Source of the DNA: Deltaproteobacteria bacterium
GTDB taxonomy: Bacteria > Myxococcota > Kuafuiibacteriia > Kuafuiibacteriales > Kuafuiibacteriaceae
DNA: 64,000 nt
NCBI GenBank assembly: GCA_016703535.1
Contig: JADJBV010000001.1
Span: forward strand, 6,382,270-6,446,269
Reading direction: 5' to 3'
The notes beneath the pieces were generated by a model. It was not told the DNA's origin. It ran no database searches and saw only the letters and a list, made by a program, of their open reading frames with translations. Position numbers and translations under genes: made by a program. Below, piece by piece: positions 20,772 to 29,465 of the stretch (the stretch's first letter is position 1; each line of letters opens with the position of its first letter).

Positions 20772-21890
20772 GTGGGGGTGCCCTCCCGCACCCTGCTGCT
20801 CCTCATCGTGTTGACGGTCGCCGGGCTGGCGGCGTGCGAAGACCCGGCCAGCGACGCGGGGCCTGACGCCGGCTTCGTCGACGCGGCACCGCTGGACGCC
20901 ACACCCGCGGATCGGGGGGTCCAGGACGCGGCGCCCGACTCAGGCGCGGACTCGGGGCCCAGTGACTCGGGGATCTTGGACGCCGATCCGGCCGACGCCG
21001 ATCCGGCCGACGCAGATCAGGCCGACGCCGATCCGACCGACGTTGATCCGGCCGACGTTGATCCCACGGACGCCGACCCTCCGGACACCGGCGCCCCCGA
21101 CACCGGCCTCAGGGACGACGCGGGTTGTCCGTTCCCCAGCGGCGCGATCGACGATCCCACGGCCGTCGGTCTGCCCTCGGGTGTGGTGTTGTGGCTCCGA
21201 GGCGAACGTGGCGTCGCTACCTTGCCCGACGGGATCTCAGTGTGTCGCTGGGAGGACGTCAGCGGCAACGGCCGACACTTCTTGCCCGCCACCGCCACCT
21301 TGCCCAGCTACCAAGCGGCCGCGGTCGGCGGCCGCCCGGCGGTGGTCTTCGTGACCAACTCGCGGCTCGAGCGGCCCGACGTGCTCGGCCTGGGCGCGAC
21401 CCAAGGCCGGGCCATCGCCGTTCGCTCCCAGATCGTGGACACCACCCGTCGTTTTGGATCGCTGCTGCAAGGCAACCGTGGCAACAACTGGGAGTACCTG
21501 GAGCTGGAGCAGAACACCTTCAACACCGTCGGCAGTCGGGTCGGCGTCTACTTGACGGCCAACGCCTACGACTCGGACGTGGCCACCTCCACCGCCGCCC
21601 GCACCCACGTCTACTCGATCACCACCATGGTCACCGGCACCACCCTCCCCGGCGCCTTGTCCTACGCGGTCGACGGCGTGGAGCGCACCTTGACCCGCAC
21701 CCCCGGCGGCAACGGCCCCAGCGGCCCGGGCAACAACCTGGTCTGGGACTTCAGCGGCGCCAACTTCACCTCGATCGGTGAGACTGCAACCCCCGGCTTC
21801 ACCGGCGGCGCCATCGGCGAAGTGTTGGTGTTCGACCACCCGCTGACCCCGCAGGAGCGAGCGGCCGTCGAAGCCCACCTGGGCCGCTGA
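20772..21890 (+). CDS. Lipoprotein with Asp/Pro/Ala pentapeptide-repeat linker and LamG/concanavalin-like C-terminal domain
   Basis: This is the 3' part of track ORF 20187..21890. GTG 20772 or 20778 gives 'VPSRTLLLLIVLTVAGLAAC' (lipobox). The C-terminal 'FTGGAIGEVLVFDHPLTPQERAAVEAHL' resembles the end of LamG-type domains. Confidence 0.55.
   Translation: MGVPSRTLLLLIVLTVAGLAACEDPASDAGPDAGFVDAAPLDATPADRGVQDAAPDSGADSGPSDSGILDADPADADPADADQADADPTDVDPADVDPTDADPPDTGAPDTGLRDDAGCPFPSGAIDDPTAVGLPSGVVLWLRGERGVATLPDGISVCRWEDVSGNGRHFLPATATLPSYQAAAVGGRPAVVFVTNSRLERPDVLGLGATQGRAIAVRSQIVDTTRRFGSLLQGNRGNNWEYLELEQNTFNTVGSRVGVYLTANAYDSDVATSTAARTHVYSITTMVTGTTLPGALSYAVDGVERTLTRTPGGNGPSGPGNNLVWDFSGANFTSIGETATPGFTGGAIGEVLVFDHPLTPQERAAVEAHLGR
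20985..21104 (+). repeat. 15-bp tandem repeat (gatccggccgacgcc and variants, ~7-8 copies) encoding (D-P/A-A/T-D-A/V)n
   Basis: Read directly: gatccggccgacgcc gatccggccgacgca gatcaggccgacgcc gatccgaccgacgtt gatccggccgacgtt gatcccacggacgcc gaccctccggacacc ggcgcccccgacacc. Confidence 0.8.
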
Positions 21891-21962
21891 GCGCATCCGC
21901 TGGATCGACTGACGCGTGGGCCGGGAAATCTGCGCCTGGGCCGAGGCCGGACACGTAGAGCC

Positions 21963-23120
21963 ATGGGCCCGATGCTGTCGAACTTCAAAGGCGCTTGGTC
22001 CCTGCTTCCCCTGTTTTGGGCGGCCTGCACCGCGGACGCGGGCCTGCTCCAGGGCGGTGAGTCCCCAGACCAGGGGGCGGGGCGCGGCGGGGGTACCCAA
22101 GGGACCGATGGCGGCGCCGATCCGGACCTCGGGATCCCCTTCGACGCGGGCCTCGTGGTGGACGCCGGCGCGATAGCGGACGCCGGCTCACCCGCGGAGG
22201 TGGAGCAGGCCTTGGTGCGCGCCGAGTGCCGCTACGCCGCGAGGTGCCTTCGGCGCTTCTACTTCGACGCCTTCGGCGCCGATCCCGGCTGCCTCGAGTC
22301 GGGCGCTTACGGGTTGGGCCGAAGCGCCCGGGCGCGGATCGAGGCGGGTCGAGCGGTGGTCGATCCCGAGCAGCTGGCCGCCTGCCTCGCGGCGATGGAG
22401 TCCAGCGGCTGCGAAGAGACCACTCGAGCCCAAGCCTGCGATCGAGCCCTGGTGGGGACCGTGGCCCAAGGTGAAGGTTGCCTGAACTCGGCCGAGTGCG
22501 GCCCGGGCCTGCGGTGCTTCGGGATCAACTGCGGGACCTGCCAGCCGATGCTCCCCACCGGCGCTTCCTGCGACGCCAACGCGGGCGGCTGTGAAGGTTA
22601 TTGTTTCACCCAGATCGCGGGCACCCCCGGCTCCTGTCTGCCCAACCACCTGCTCGAGGGTGAGTTGTGCAGCGGGTCGTTCTCGGACTGCGAACCCCCG
22701 CTCCGCTGCGTTCGGATCAACGAAGACGAACGTCGTTGTCAGGCCGCGCCCGTGCCCGGAGCCGCCTGCAGCGACCTGGGCGGCGGCGCGAGCTGCGACT
22801 ACGGCCACGCCACCTGCAACAACGGCGTCTGCGAATGGCTGGTCTTCGTCGATCCCGGCGAACCCTGTGACCAGGATCGGCTCTGCCGCGGCAGCTGCTT
22901 CCAGGGCCTGTGCCGCGCCTACCCTCAGCTCGGTGAGGCATGCCCGGCCTTCTCCGGTGCCTGCGCGGGCGCCCTGGGCCGGTGCGGCAGCGACGGGATC
23001 TGCCGCCCCCGCCCCAAGGATGGCGAGCCCTGCCAAGGTTACGACAGCTGCGAACGTGGCCTGCTATGCGGCATCGACCCGCCCGTCTGCACTTCTCGCC
23101 CGTGGGAGACCTGCAACTGA
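21963..23120 (+). CDS. Cysteine-rich putative lipoprotein
   Basis: 385 aa. 'WSLLPLFWAAC' lipobox. More than 30 Cys occur in repeated 'G-x-x-C-x-x-x-x-x-C' contexts. Confidence 0.55.
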   Translation: MGPMLSNFKGAWSLLPLFWAACTADAGLLQGGESPDQGAGRGGGTQGTDGGADPDLGIPFDAGLVVDAGAIADAGSPAEVEQALVRAECRYAARCLRRFYFDAFGADPGCLESGAYGLGRSARARIEAGRAVVDPEQLAACLAAMESSGCEETTRAQACDRALVGTVAQGEGCLNSAECGPGLRCFGINCGTCQPMLPTGASCDANAGGCEGYCFTQIAGTPGSCLPNHLLEGELCSGSFSDCEPPLRCVRINEDERRCQAAPVPGAACSDLGGGASCDYGHATCNNGVCEWLVFVDPGEPCDQDRLCRGSCFQGLCRAYPQLGEACPAFSGACAGALGRCGSDGICRPRPKDGEPCQGYDSCERGLLCGIDPPVCTSRPWETCN

Positions 23121-23143
23121 ACTTGCACTCCCTCGGACGCGCA

Positions 23144-23794
23144 TCAGCGTAGCGCCGGTCCTTGACCTTCCGCGCCCTCCGGGCCCTGCTTCTTGCGGTC
23201 GCCGAACAACATGGCTCGGATGCCGGTGTGAGGCTCGGAGACCGTGATGGCCAGGTACACGTGGACGATGAGGAACATCGTGAAGACATAGGCCGTCACC
23301 GAGTGCCCGATCGCGACCGGGAGGAGCCCCGGCAGGCTGGCGACCTTCTCGGGAACCGATAACGGAAAGAGCAAGAGCAGGCCCGTGCCGATCTGCACCG
23401 GGAACATGAGGAAAACCGCCCCGATGTAAGAGACCTGCTGCAGCGGGTTGAAGCGACTGACGACCGTCGCCGGAAATGGGTGGTGCCCGCCCTGGAAGAT
23501 GTCCGAGAGATAATAACGAACCTGCCTGGCCGCGCGCCGAAAGAACGGGCGCCGGGGGACGTACTGCCTCCAGTGTCCCGTCCAGACCATACTCGCCAGG
23601 TAGAAGACATAGGCGAGTGTGCAGGCCACCCCCGTGGCGTTGTGACCCAGGACCGCCCAGCGAAAGTAGCCGCCGGCCCCGGCCTCGCCGTAGTGCAGCG
23701 CGAAGCCCGTCGCTACCAGGGCCAGAAACAGGAACGCGTTCACCCAGTGCCAGGCCCGCAGCCATCCTGGGAACATCGGCGTCGGCTTCTTCAT
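23144..23794 (-). CDS. Membrane di-heme cytochrome b (PhsC / Ni-Fe-hydrogenase-type cytochrome b-like)
   Basis: 216 aa with about 4 TM helices carrying conserved His ('WHWVNAFLFLALVATGFALHY', 'LGHNATG', 'IGHSVTAYVFTMFLIVHVY'). The start overlaps the stop of the upstream 7-heme gene. Confidence 0.7.
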   Translation of the reverse strand: MKKPTPMFPGWLRAWHWVNAFLFLALVATGFALHYGEAGAGGYFRWAVLGHNATGVACTLAYVFYLASMVWTGHWRQYVPRRPFFRRAARQVRYYLSDIFQGGHHPFPATVVSRFNPLQQVSYIGAVFLMFPVQIGTGLLLLFPLSVPEKVASLPGLLPVAIGHSVTAYVFTMFLIVHVYLAITVSEPHTGIRAMLFGDRKKQGPEGAEGQGPALR

Positions 23795-24762
23795 GGGTGA
23801 GGACCTCCCGGGCCGATTCCGCGCTTCCTACGCACCAAGGCGGCCGCGGTGCGCAACAGCGCGTGACCCAAGATGCCCAGGAAGGTCAGCGTGGCGAGCG
23901 ACATGCCTATCAAGTCGAGGGTCTGATTTCGTGTCGCGCCGATGACATAGGCCTCGTTCAAGATCGCCGCGTTCATGAACCCATACTTCTCTTGCTCGAC
24001 CGCGTGCGCGTAGCGATAGGTCTTGAACTTCAGCACCGACGCCTCTTGATGGCAGGACTCGCACTTCGAGAGCGCTTGGGCCTTGGGCAGGATACGATGG
24101 CTCCCCACGACGCCCTCGGAGTTCGTGTGGCAGTCGACGCAGCGGACCGAACGCCAGTGGAGGTCGCGGTTGGGCAGCCACTGATGGGCCGCGTCAAGAT
24201 CGGGGGGCGCGCGATGGGCGAAGGTCCGGAACTCGAGCTCAGAGCCGTGGCAGCGCAGGCATGCCTGGTTGTGCTCGAGGGACTCGTCGGGAGTCATGCC
24301 GAAACGGATCCGGTGGGGATCGTGGCACCGGGCGCAGGTGAACTGCACGCTCTTGGTGGAGTGTACGCTCTGATCGAACTCACGGATGATCCGGACGAGG
24401 TCGACCTTGTGGCCCCGTTCGGAGCCGGCGGGTGCGGGGGCCCGAGCCTCGAACTCAGCGAGCACGCGCTCGTCCAGGTGACAGTGCGCGCAGTCCACGG
24501 GACGAAGGTCCTCGTCCTCCTTGTCATGCGCGATGCTGACGTCCTCCACGTCGCCGTGACACGAGATGCAGCCATGGAGGGCATGGACGGAGGCCCGGTA
24601 GGCGACCAGATCGATCTTGGGCGCCCGCGCGTCGCCCGTGCCCGCGTGGCAGATGAAGCACTCGGAATCGCGCGCCGTCCTCGGGATCGGGTTGTCCGCG
24701 ACCGCAGAGGTGGGCCACCCCAGCCCGGCCGCGAGCAGCCCGAGGATCGTTATGGTTCTCAT
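23791..24762 (-). CDS. Heptaheme c-type cytochrome with C-terminal membrane anchor
   Basis: The ORF track gives 23791..24846. ATG 24762 ('MRTITILGLLAAGLGW', a signal) overlaps the upstream stop (ATGA). Seven CxxCH motifs are present: CFICH, CISCH, CAHCH, CARCH, CLRCH, CVDCH, CESCH. The C-terminal TM is 'LATLTFLGILGHALL'. Confidence 0.85.
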   Translation of the reverse strand: MRTITILGLLAAGLGWPTSAVADNPIPRTARDSECFICHAGTGDARAPKIDLVAYRASVHALHGCISCHGDVEDVSIAHDKEDEDLRPVDCAHCHLDERVLAEFEARAPAPAGSERGHKVDLVRIIREFDQSVHSTKSVQFTCARCHDPHRIRFGMTPDESLEHNQACLRCHGSELEFRTFAHRAPPDLDAAHQWLPNRDLHWRSVRCVDCHTNSEGVVGSHRILPKAQALSKCESCHQEASVLKFKTYRYAHAVEQEKYGFMNAAILNEAYVIGATRNQTLDLIGMSLATLTFLGILGHALLRTAAALVRRKRGIGPGGPHP

Positions 24763-26270
24763 CGACCGCCTCCGCCGCTCGTGAAGGGGTGGCAGCCGTG
24801 ACAGGTCTGCGCCCCTGGCTCGTGCGTCCGTTGCGGCTCGTGGCACGCCCCCACGCAGCTGGCGCGGTCAAAGGCCGTAGCCTGGTCGTGGAAGCGATGG
24901 CAGTCCGCACAGACCCCGTGCTTAGGGATCATGTGGAGGGACGGCAGTGGCGGAGCATGACACTTCGTGCAGGGCTGCGGAGCCGCCGGGCCCTTGGGGC
25001 CGTGCGCTCGATGGCAGTCCGCGCAGGCCCGGGCGGGCTCGCTGTGTGGCCCAAGGCCCTGCTGAGCGTGGCATTCGACGCAGGTCTTCTTTAGCGCACC
25101 GTCGTGGGTCTGGTGGCAGTCCGCGCAGACGTCGTGGCCACGAGGCGCGCTGGTGTGTTCGGTCGGATGACACTTGGCGCAGGCTGGCGGCCGCAGGGCC
25201 GGGTCGTGGGCCTGGAGGTGGCAGGTGGTGCAGCGCTCGTGCCCCTTCACCGTCTTCACGTGCACGGGGTCGAGGACCGAAGGCGCAGCCGAAAGTGCAT
25301 GGCAGCGAACACACAGATCCTCAGGGGGCACCGGAGTCCGGATCTTTCCCGGCGCGTGGCAGCTCGCGCAGGCGACACGACGGCCATGGAACGCGGTGTC
25401 TGAAGCGGCTTGGAGGTGGCAACTCGAGCAGGGCGCTGATCGTACGGTGCCGCCGCCCAGATGGATATTCTGGTGGGCGTCGTGGCAGTCCTTGCACGTC
25501 CCCGGCTGGGTGGCGCTGAGCACCTCCCGGGCGTGCCCAACCTGGTGGCAGCTTTCGCACGGACGAACCCCGGAGCCGGCCCCGTGGGGCTCGTGGCAGC
25601 TCACGCAGCGCGTGTGCCCGGGCAGCCTGAGCTTCTGCGCTTCGTGGCAGCCCTGGCAGCGCTCGGCCGCGTCCTCCTTCGTTCGGTGGCCGACGTGGCA
25701 CTCGATACACTGCGCCGGACCTTTCAACGCCGAGTTGTGCGCAGTGAAGCTGCTCTCGTGGCACCCGGCGCAGTCCCCGGGGCGCACCGCGGATTCGCCG
25801 TGCGGCGTATGGCACGCCTTGCAGGCCTCGGCCGCATGAACCGTGATGAGCGGCGCCTTGCTCGCCCAATCTTGTGCGGGAGCGCCCCGAGTCTGCTGCC
25901 CCTCTGCGGTGTGACAGCGAAGACAGCCCCACGGTGCCGCGGTCGTCGCGAGGAAGTCATGGCAGGTCAGACACTCTTTTGCGTCATCGCTGGCGGCGGC
26001 CCGGTGGACCGCCGACGCGCTCTTCTCGTGACAGCCGAGGCAACGCTGAGTCTTGGAGAGCACCTTGGCGCCCTCGATCCGGTGGCAGTCCGCGCAGACC
26101 GCCGGCTTCTCGGCGTTCAGGTGAGCCAGGTGGAGCGCACTCTGCAGGGCCTTGGCTTGCTCGGGGGTCGGCTCTTGGCCGGCGTCAGGGCTCGTCGCCG
26201 GGCGTTCCTGTGGGGTGCAGCTCCAGCCGAGACCCGCGAACAGGCAAGCGACGGCGAGCGATCTCAGCAT
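24759..26270 (-). CDS. Multiheme c-type cytochrome (22 CxxCH + 1 CxxxCH motifs in 503 aa)
   Basis: Signal peptide 'MLRSLAVACLFAGLGWSC'. Hand count of heme motifs gives CADCH, CLGCH, CLTCH, CLRCH, CKACH, CAGCH, CIECH, CQGCH, CVSCH, CESCH, CKDCH, CSSCH, CASCH, CVRCH, CTTCH, CAKCH, CADCH, CVECH, CADCH, CTKCH, CADCH, CVGACH, CHGCH. Confidence 0.9.
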   Translation of the reverse strand: MLRSLAVACLFAGLGWSCTPQERPATSPDAGQEPTPEQAKALQSALHLAHLNAEKPAVCADCHRIEGAKVLSKTQRCLGCHEKSASAVHRAAASDDAKECLTCHDFLATTAAPWGCLRCHTAEGQQTRGAPAQDWASKAPLITVHAAEACKACHTPHGESAVRPGDCAGCHESSFTAHNSALKGPAQCIECHVGHRTKEDAAERCQGCHEAQKLRLPGHTRCVSCHEPHGAGSGVRPCESCHQVGHAREVLSATQPGTCKDCHDAHQNIHLGGGTVRSAPCSSCHLQAASDTAFHGRRVACASCHAPGKIRTPVPPEDLCVRCHALSAAPSVLDPVHVKTVKGHERCTTCHLQAHDPALRPPACAKCHPTEHTSAPRGHDVCADCHQTHDGALKKTCVECHAQQGLGPHSEPARACADCHRAHGPKGPAAPQPCTKCHAPPLPSLHMIPKHGVCADCHRFHDQATAFDRASCVGACHEPQRTHEPGAQTCHGCHPFTSGGGGR

Positions 26271-26438
26271 CGGCTGACGGCGACGCTACTTCGGCGCAGA
26301 GGGAATTCAAAACGCGGTCGTCGTGACCGCGGAGTAACCTACCAAGAGGTAACAATTTGCGGGGCTGCGCCTGTGGGGGTCGAGCGGAAGTATAGGGTCC
26401 AAACCCTACAGCAGACGAACCTGGGCATTTAGGGCAGC

Positions 26439-26636
26439 CTACTGGCGCGGGCGACGTCCGAGCAGCAGAGCAAACACGTCGGCCGAGCCGCCTTCGCTGA
26501 GGCCCGCCCGACCCCTCCACGCCGTCGGGTTCTCAAACGTCCCGAAGATCAGATCCCAAAGCGCGATGTCGCCGAAGTTGAGCGGCGCCCGATCACGATC
26601 GTGATGCAGCGCGTGGCTCTCGAGCGGATGGGTCAT
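26439..26636 (-). pseudogene. 3'-terminal remnant of a fatty-acid hydroxylase / sterol desaturase-family gene
   Basis: The 65-aa ORF 'HPLESHALHHDRDRAPLNFGDIALWDLIFGTF' matches the last His box (HxxHH) and the 'NFG...WDxxFGT' tail of the family. The frame hits a stop 3 codons upstream of the Met, about 25 nt from the stop of the HD-Pnk gene. The roughly 200 N-terminal codons expected for this family are missing. Confidence 0.6.
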
Positions 26637-26667
26637 GAATCGCAGCTATCGCTACCATCGACCCGGC

Positions 26668-27969
26668 CTATGGCCGAGCAGGCGCCCAGGCGAGGCCGTA
26701 AGGCAGGGCACCGTGGACCCCAAAGGCCGCCCGCACCCGCTGGTTGCCGTCCAAAAACAGGACCCGGTGGGCCTCGTCGAGCTCGGGCCACTCCATGCGT
26801 TCGAGCTGGTTGTCCAACACGTTCGGCGGAACGGCGTCGGTCCGAGCCCGGTTGCGTCGGTGGTAGTCGGCGAGGTCCAGGTGAAAGACCACCAAGGTGA
26901 CCAAAGTGCCGTAGTCGAAGCCCAAACCAGCGACCCGGGTCCGGAAGTCCTGGCGCAAGCTGGTGGCGTCCCACACCACCGGCCGTTGTTTTCGCAAGCT
27001 GGCTTTCAATCGCTCTCTGCCTTCGGCGAGGACCCGATCGTTGGCGCCCTGATCACCTCGGTCCGAGCCGAGTTCTTCCCGCAGATCGTCGAGAGAGAGG
27101 TGATCGAAGCCGGCCAGGTGTTTTTGCGCGAAGGTGGTCTTGCCCGAGCCGCTGGGGCCAACGGTGATCACCAGATCCGAACGGGCCTCTCGGGCCTGAA
27201 AACTCCGGGCCACCGCCTCTTCTAGGCTGTGGATCTCACCCCGCTCTAAGCTGCGCCGGGCCTCGGACAGCGCAAAATCGATCACTTGATCGCCGTGACC
27301 CGCGAGGGACTCCACCAGCCGCGCCCGCCAGCTCGGGTCCTGCTCGCCGTGCCGAACGAACGCGCCGTAGTCTTCGGCGAAGAGCCGATACAGATCGATC
27401 TTCTCGATGGCCTCGGCCCGATCCCGGCAGGTCCGGCCCCGCATGTCCGCCTGCTCGACCCAATAGAGGAGCTCCGGATCGGCCAGGCGGCTGACCCGCT
27501 GATAGGCCCCGGCGCTCCGCTCCTTCACCACCAAAAACTTGGGCTCGTGGTGATGGCCGACCAAACCCAACAACACCTCCAGGGACGGATACGGCAACTC
27601 CTCCAACAACCGCGGCGCCAAATAGGAACGCCCCGCGGCCTCGTGACCCCGGGCGACGATGCGCTCCACCCCCTTCAGCTCCTGGGGTCGGGTGCAGATC
27701 GGCTTGGCGATGTCGTGGAGCAGGGCCCCCAACACCAAGAGCAATCGGCCCTCCCCTTCCAGGTGGGCGGCCGGCCCCGCGAGGAGTTGGTAGGCCTCGT
27801 CCATCACCATCTGGGTGTGGATGTGCACGTCGCCTTCGGCGTGCCACTCCGGATCTTGCGGCGTCTCTCGAAAGCGCCGCAACAACGGCAGCCGATCGCC
27901 CAGGGCCTCGACGCACTCGTCGAGGTTCGGAGACGCACCCCGACGAATCTCATCAAAGAAGGTCTTCAT
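26668..27969 (-). CDS. HD-Pnk-type RNA/DNA end-healing enzyme (N-terminal HD phosphoesterase + C-terminal P-loop polynucleotide kinase)
   Basis: The ORF track gives 26668..28059. ATG 27969 ('MKTFFDEIRRG') overlaps the RNA ligase stop (ATGA). HD motif 'LGALLHDIAKP' plus 'GHHHEPK'. Walker A 'ITVGPSGSGKTTFAQ' sits in the C-terminal third. Confidence 0.8.
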   Translation of the reverse strand: MKTFFDEIRRGASPNLDECVEALGDRLPLLRRFRETPQDPEWHAEGDVHIHTQMVMDEAYQLLAGPAAHLEGEGRLLLVLGALLHDIAKPICTRPQELKGVERIVARGHEAAGRSYLAPRLLEELPYPSLEVLLGLVGHHHEPKFLVVKERSAGAYQRVSRLADPELLYWVEQADMRGRTCRDRAEAIEKIDLYRLFAEDYGAFVRHGEQDPSWRARLVESLAGHGDQVIDFALSEARRSLERGEIHSLEEAVARSFQAREARSDLVITVGPSGSGKTTFAQKHLAGFDHLSLDDLREELGSDRGDQGANDRVLAEGRERLKASLRKQRPVVWDATSLRQDFRTRVAGLGFDYGTLVTLVVFHLDLADYHRRNRARTDAVPPNVLDNQLERMEWPELDEAHRVLFLDGNQRVRAAFGVHGALPYGLAWAPARP

Positions 27970-28610
27970 GACTTCTTCCCGGGTTCTCGCAGGCCGTTGG
28001 GCGTCACCACCCCGTGCATCCAATGATCGTCGGTCTGAACGTGACCGCGCCGCACCCACTTGGCCACGTGCTCCGAAAAGCGCGCGTACGGGAAGGCGCC
28101 GGCGCTGCGCACCACGTACCCTTCACAACGTTGGAGATCGAGCTTGAGGCTCCGGAGCCGGGCGTCGTCGTAGGGCCCTTCGTAGAGCGTCGGCACCAAC
28201 TCGAGGCCCAGCCGCATGGCCCAAGCCTTGGTCTCGGCCCACGACAAACAAGTGTTGGTCTCATCCCAGATCGAAAAGACAAAGAAGTAGCTGGCCAGAT
28301 CTTCGTACGCCACCGAATGCCGCGCGTAGAGATTTTCGCCGCAGACCCGAAACCCCGCCGGGATCTGGTAGCCGATCTCGCCCTGCAGCCGCTTCAGCCA
28401 ATCCCGGGACGGGTGGTGACGGCCATCCAGCGAGCGGGCGTGGAGCCCATCTTGGTAGAGGGTCGAGTTTTCGCCGTCGAGCTTTTCGGTGACCACCACC
28501 GGGGCCGACGACAAAGCCGCCGGGACCTCGGTGACCAGATCGTCGCTGCTGACCCCGGGAGACCAGGGCAGATGGGGCGTCCTAGGATACTTGAAGCGTT
28601 GGGTCGCCAT
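27966..28610 (-). CDS. ATP-dependent RNA ligase family protein
   Basis: The ORF track gives 27966..28643. The likely start is 'MATQRFKYPRTPHLPWSPG' at 28610. Covalent nucleotidyltransferase motif I is 'TEKLDGEN' (KxDG). Further motifs are 'VCGENLY', 'CEGYVVR' and 'VAKWVR'. Confidence 0.75.
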   Translation of the reverse strand: MATQRFKYPRTPHLPWSPGVSSDDLVTEVPAALSSAPVVVTEKLDGENSTLYQDGLHARSLDGRHHPSRDWLKRLQGEIGYQIPAGFRVCGENLYARHSVAYEDLASYFFVFSIWDETNTCLSWAETKAWAMRLGLELVPTLYEGPYDDARLRSLKLDLQRCEGYVVRSAGAFPYARFSEHVAKWVRRGHVQTDDHWMHGVVTPNGLREPGKKS

Positions 28611-28889
28611 GACCCACCTCCTTTGGCGGAGCCCAAGGCCCACGCCATCCCGCGATAGAGCATCGAGCGCAGAGCGGCTCGAAGGAACCGGGACCGAGGA
28701 GATTACATGGCGGAGGCTCGGAGAGATAAATAGGCTAAGCCAAGGCTCCGAAGGAGGTCAACCAGAGTTGCAGGACTTCAAGCTTCAGCGGACCAGAGAC
28801 CAACGACGACGATGGGATAGCAACCGGGTGGACCAGATCCGAGCGCTGGAAACGGCCAAACCCCCGCAGATCCCGGTGGCCACCAACAC

Positions 28890-29411
28890 CCGCCCTTCGA
28901 CCGGGCAAGGAGCCGCGCCTGCTGCCCGCGGAAGATGGCTTCCACGAAGACCCGCGCCATCGCCGCCAGGCCGTCTGCACGGACCGCCAACAACCCGACC
29001 AACTCCGAAGGCGGAGACAGAACGTACTGCCGAATCGGAACATCGGGGAACACACGCTCCACGAAGTGCGTCGCGACGTCGTCCATCCACCGCGCGCCGC
29101 AGCTCGGGCAGAGGCCGCGCCCTTTGGTCGCTCCGGCCATCCTGGCCTCTCGCGACACTTCCCGCGTCCTGTGGGTCGCACGAAAACGCCAGCGCCCGCT
29201 CCACTTGGCAGTCCGGGCAGCGCAGCCTGACGAAGCCCGCCTCGGGGACACCGCACACCAGGAACCGCTCCACTGCCCGGCCCACGAACTTGGGGATGGG
29301 GACCCCGGCCTCCTTGCTCTGCGCCACTAGCGCCGGCCACCAGCGCGTCACCAGTCGGTGCAGCACGCCCGAGCGCGGATCGCGAGCGGAGTAGCGCCGA
29401 GGACGATCCAC
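28890..29411 (-). mobile_element. IS91-family (rolling-circle Y2) transposase, 5' fragment only, frameshifted
   Basis: Two overlapping track ORFs (28785..29411 and 28778..29251) together read 'RYSARDPRSGVLHRLVTRWWPALV...FLVCGVPEAGFVRLRCPDCQVERALAFSC', then a frameshift, then 'KGRGLCPSCGARWMDDVATHFVERVFPDVPIRQYVLSPPSELVGLLAVRA...FRGQQARLLARSKGG'. This is the IS91 N-terminal zinc-binding domain. Family-like sequence stops at about 28890. Confidence 0.75.
28891..29039. repeat. Direct repeat copy 1 (~149 bp) shared by the two IS91 fragments
   Basis: Hand alignment: 'cgcccttcgaccgggcaaggagccgcgcctgctgcccgcggaagatggcttccacgaagacccgcgccatcgcc...caacaacccgaccaactccgaaggcggagacagaacgtactgccgaatcgga' against 39545..39692. 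They are near-identical except for about 15 substitutions and a 2-nt indel. Confidence 0.8.
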
Positions 29412-29465
29412 GCCAGGCCCGTAGGCCAGCCGCGTGCCCAGCCCCGGTGCTCATGGTTCGGACGA

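Noticed and set aside
26393-26408. Inverted repeat TAGGGT-ccaa-ACCCTA upstream of the multiheme cytochrome operon as an operator or terminator
   Set aside because: The stem is only 6 bp and occurs once, with no recognisable promoter elements nearby. That is insufficient to call a regulatory site.
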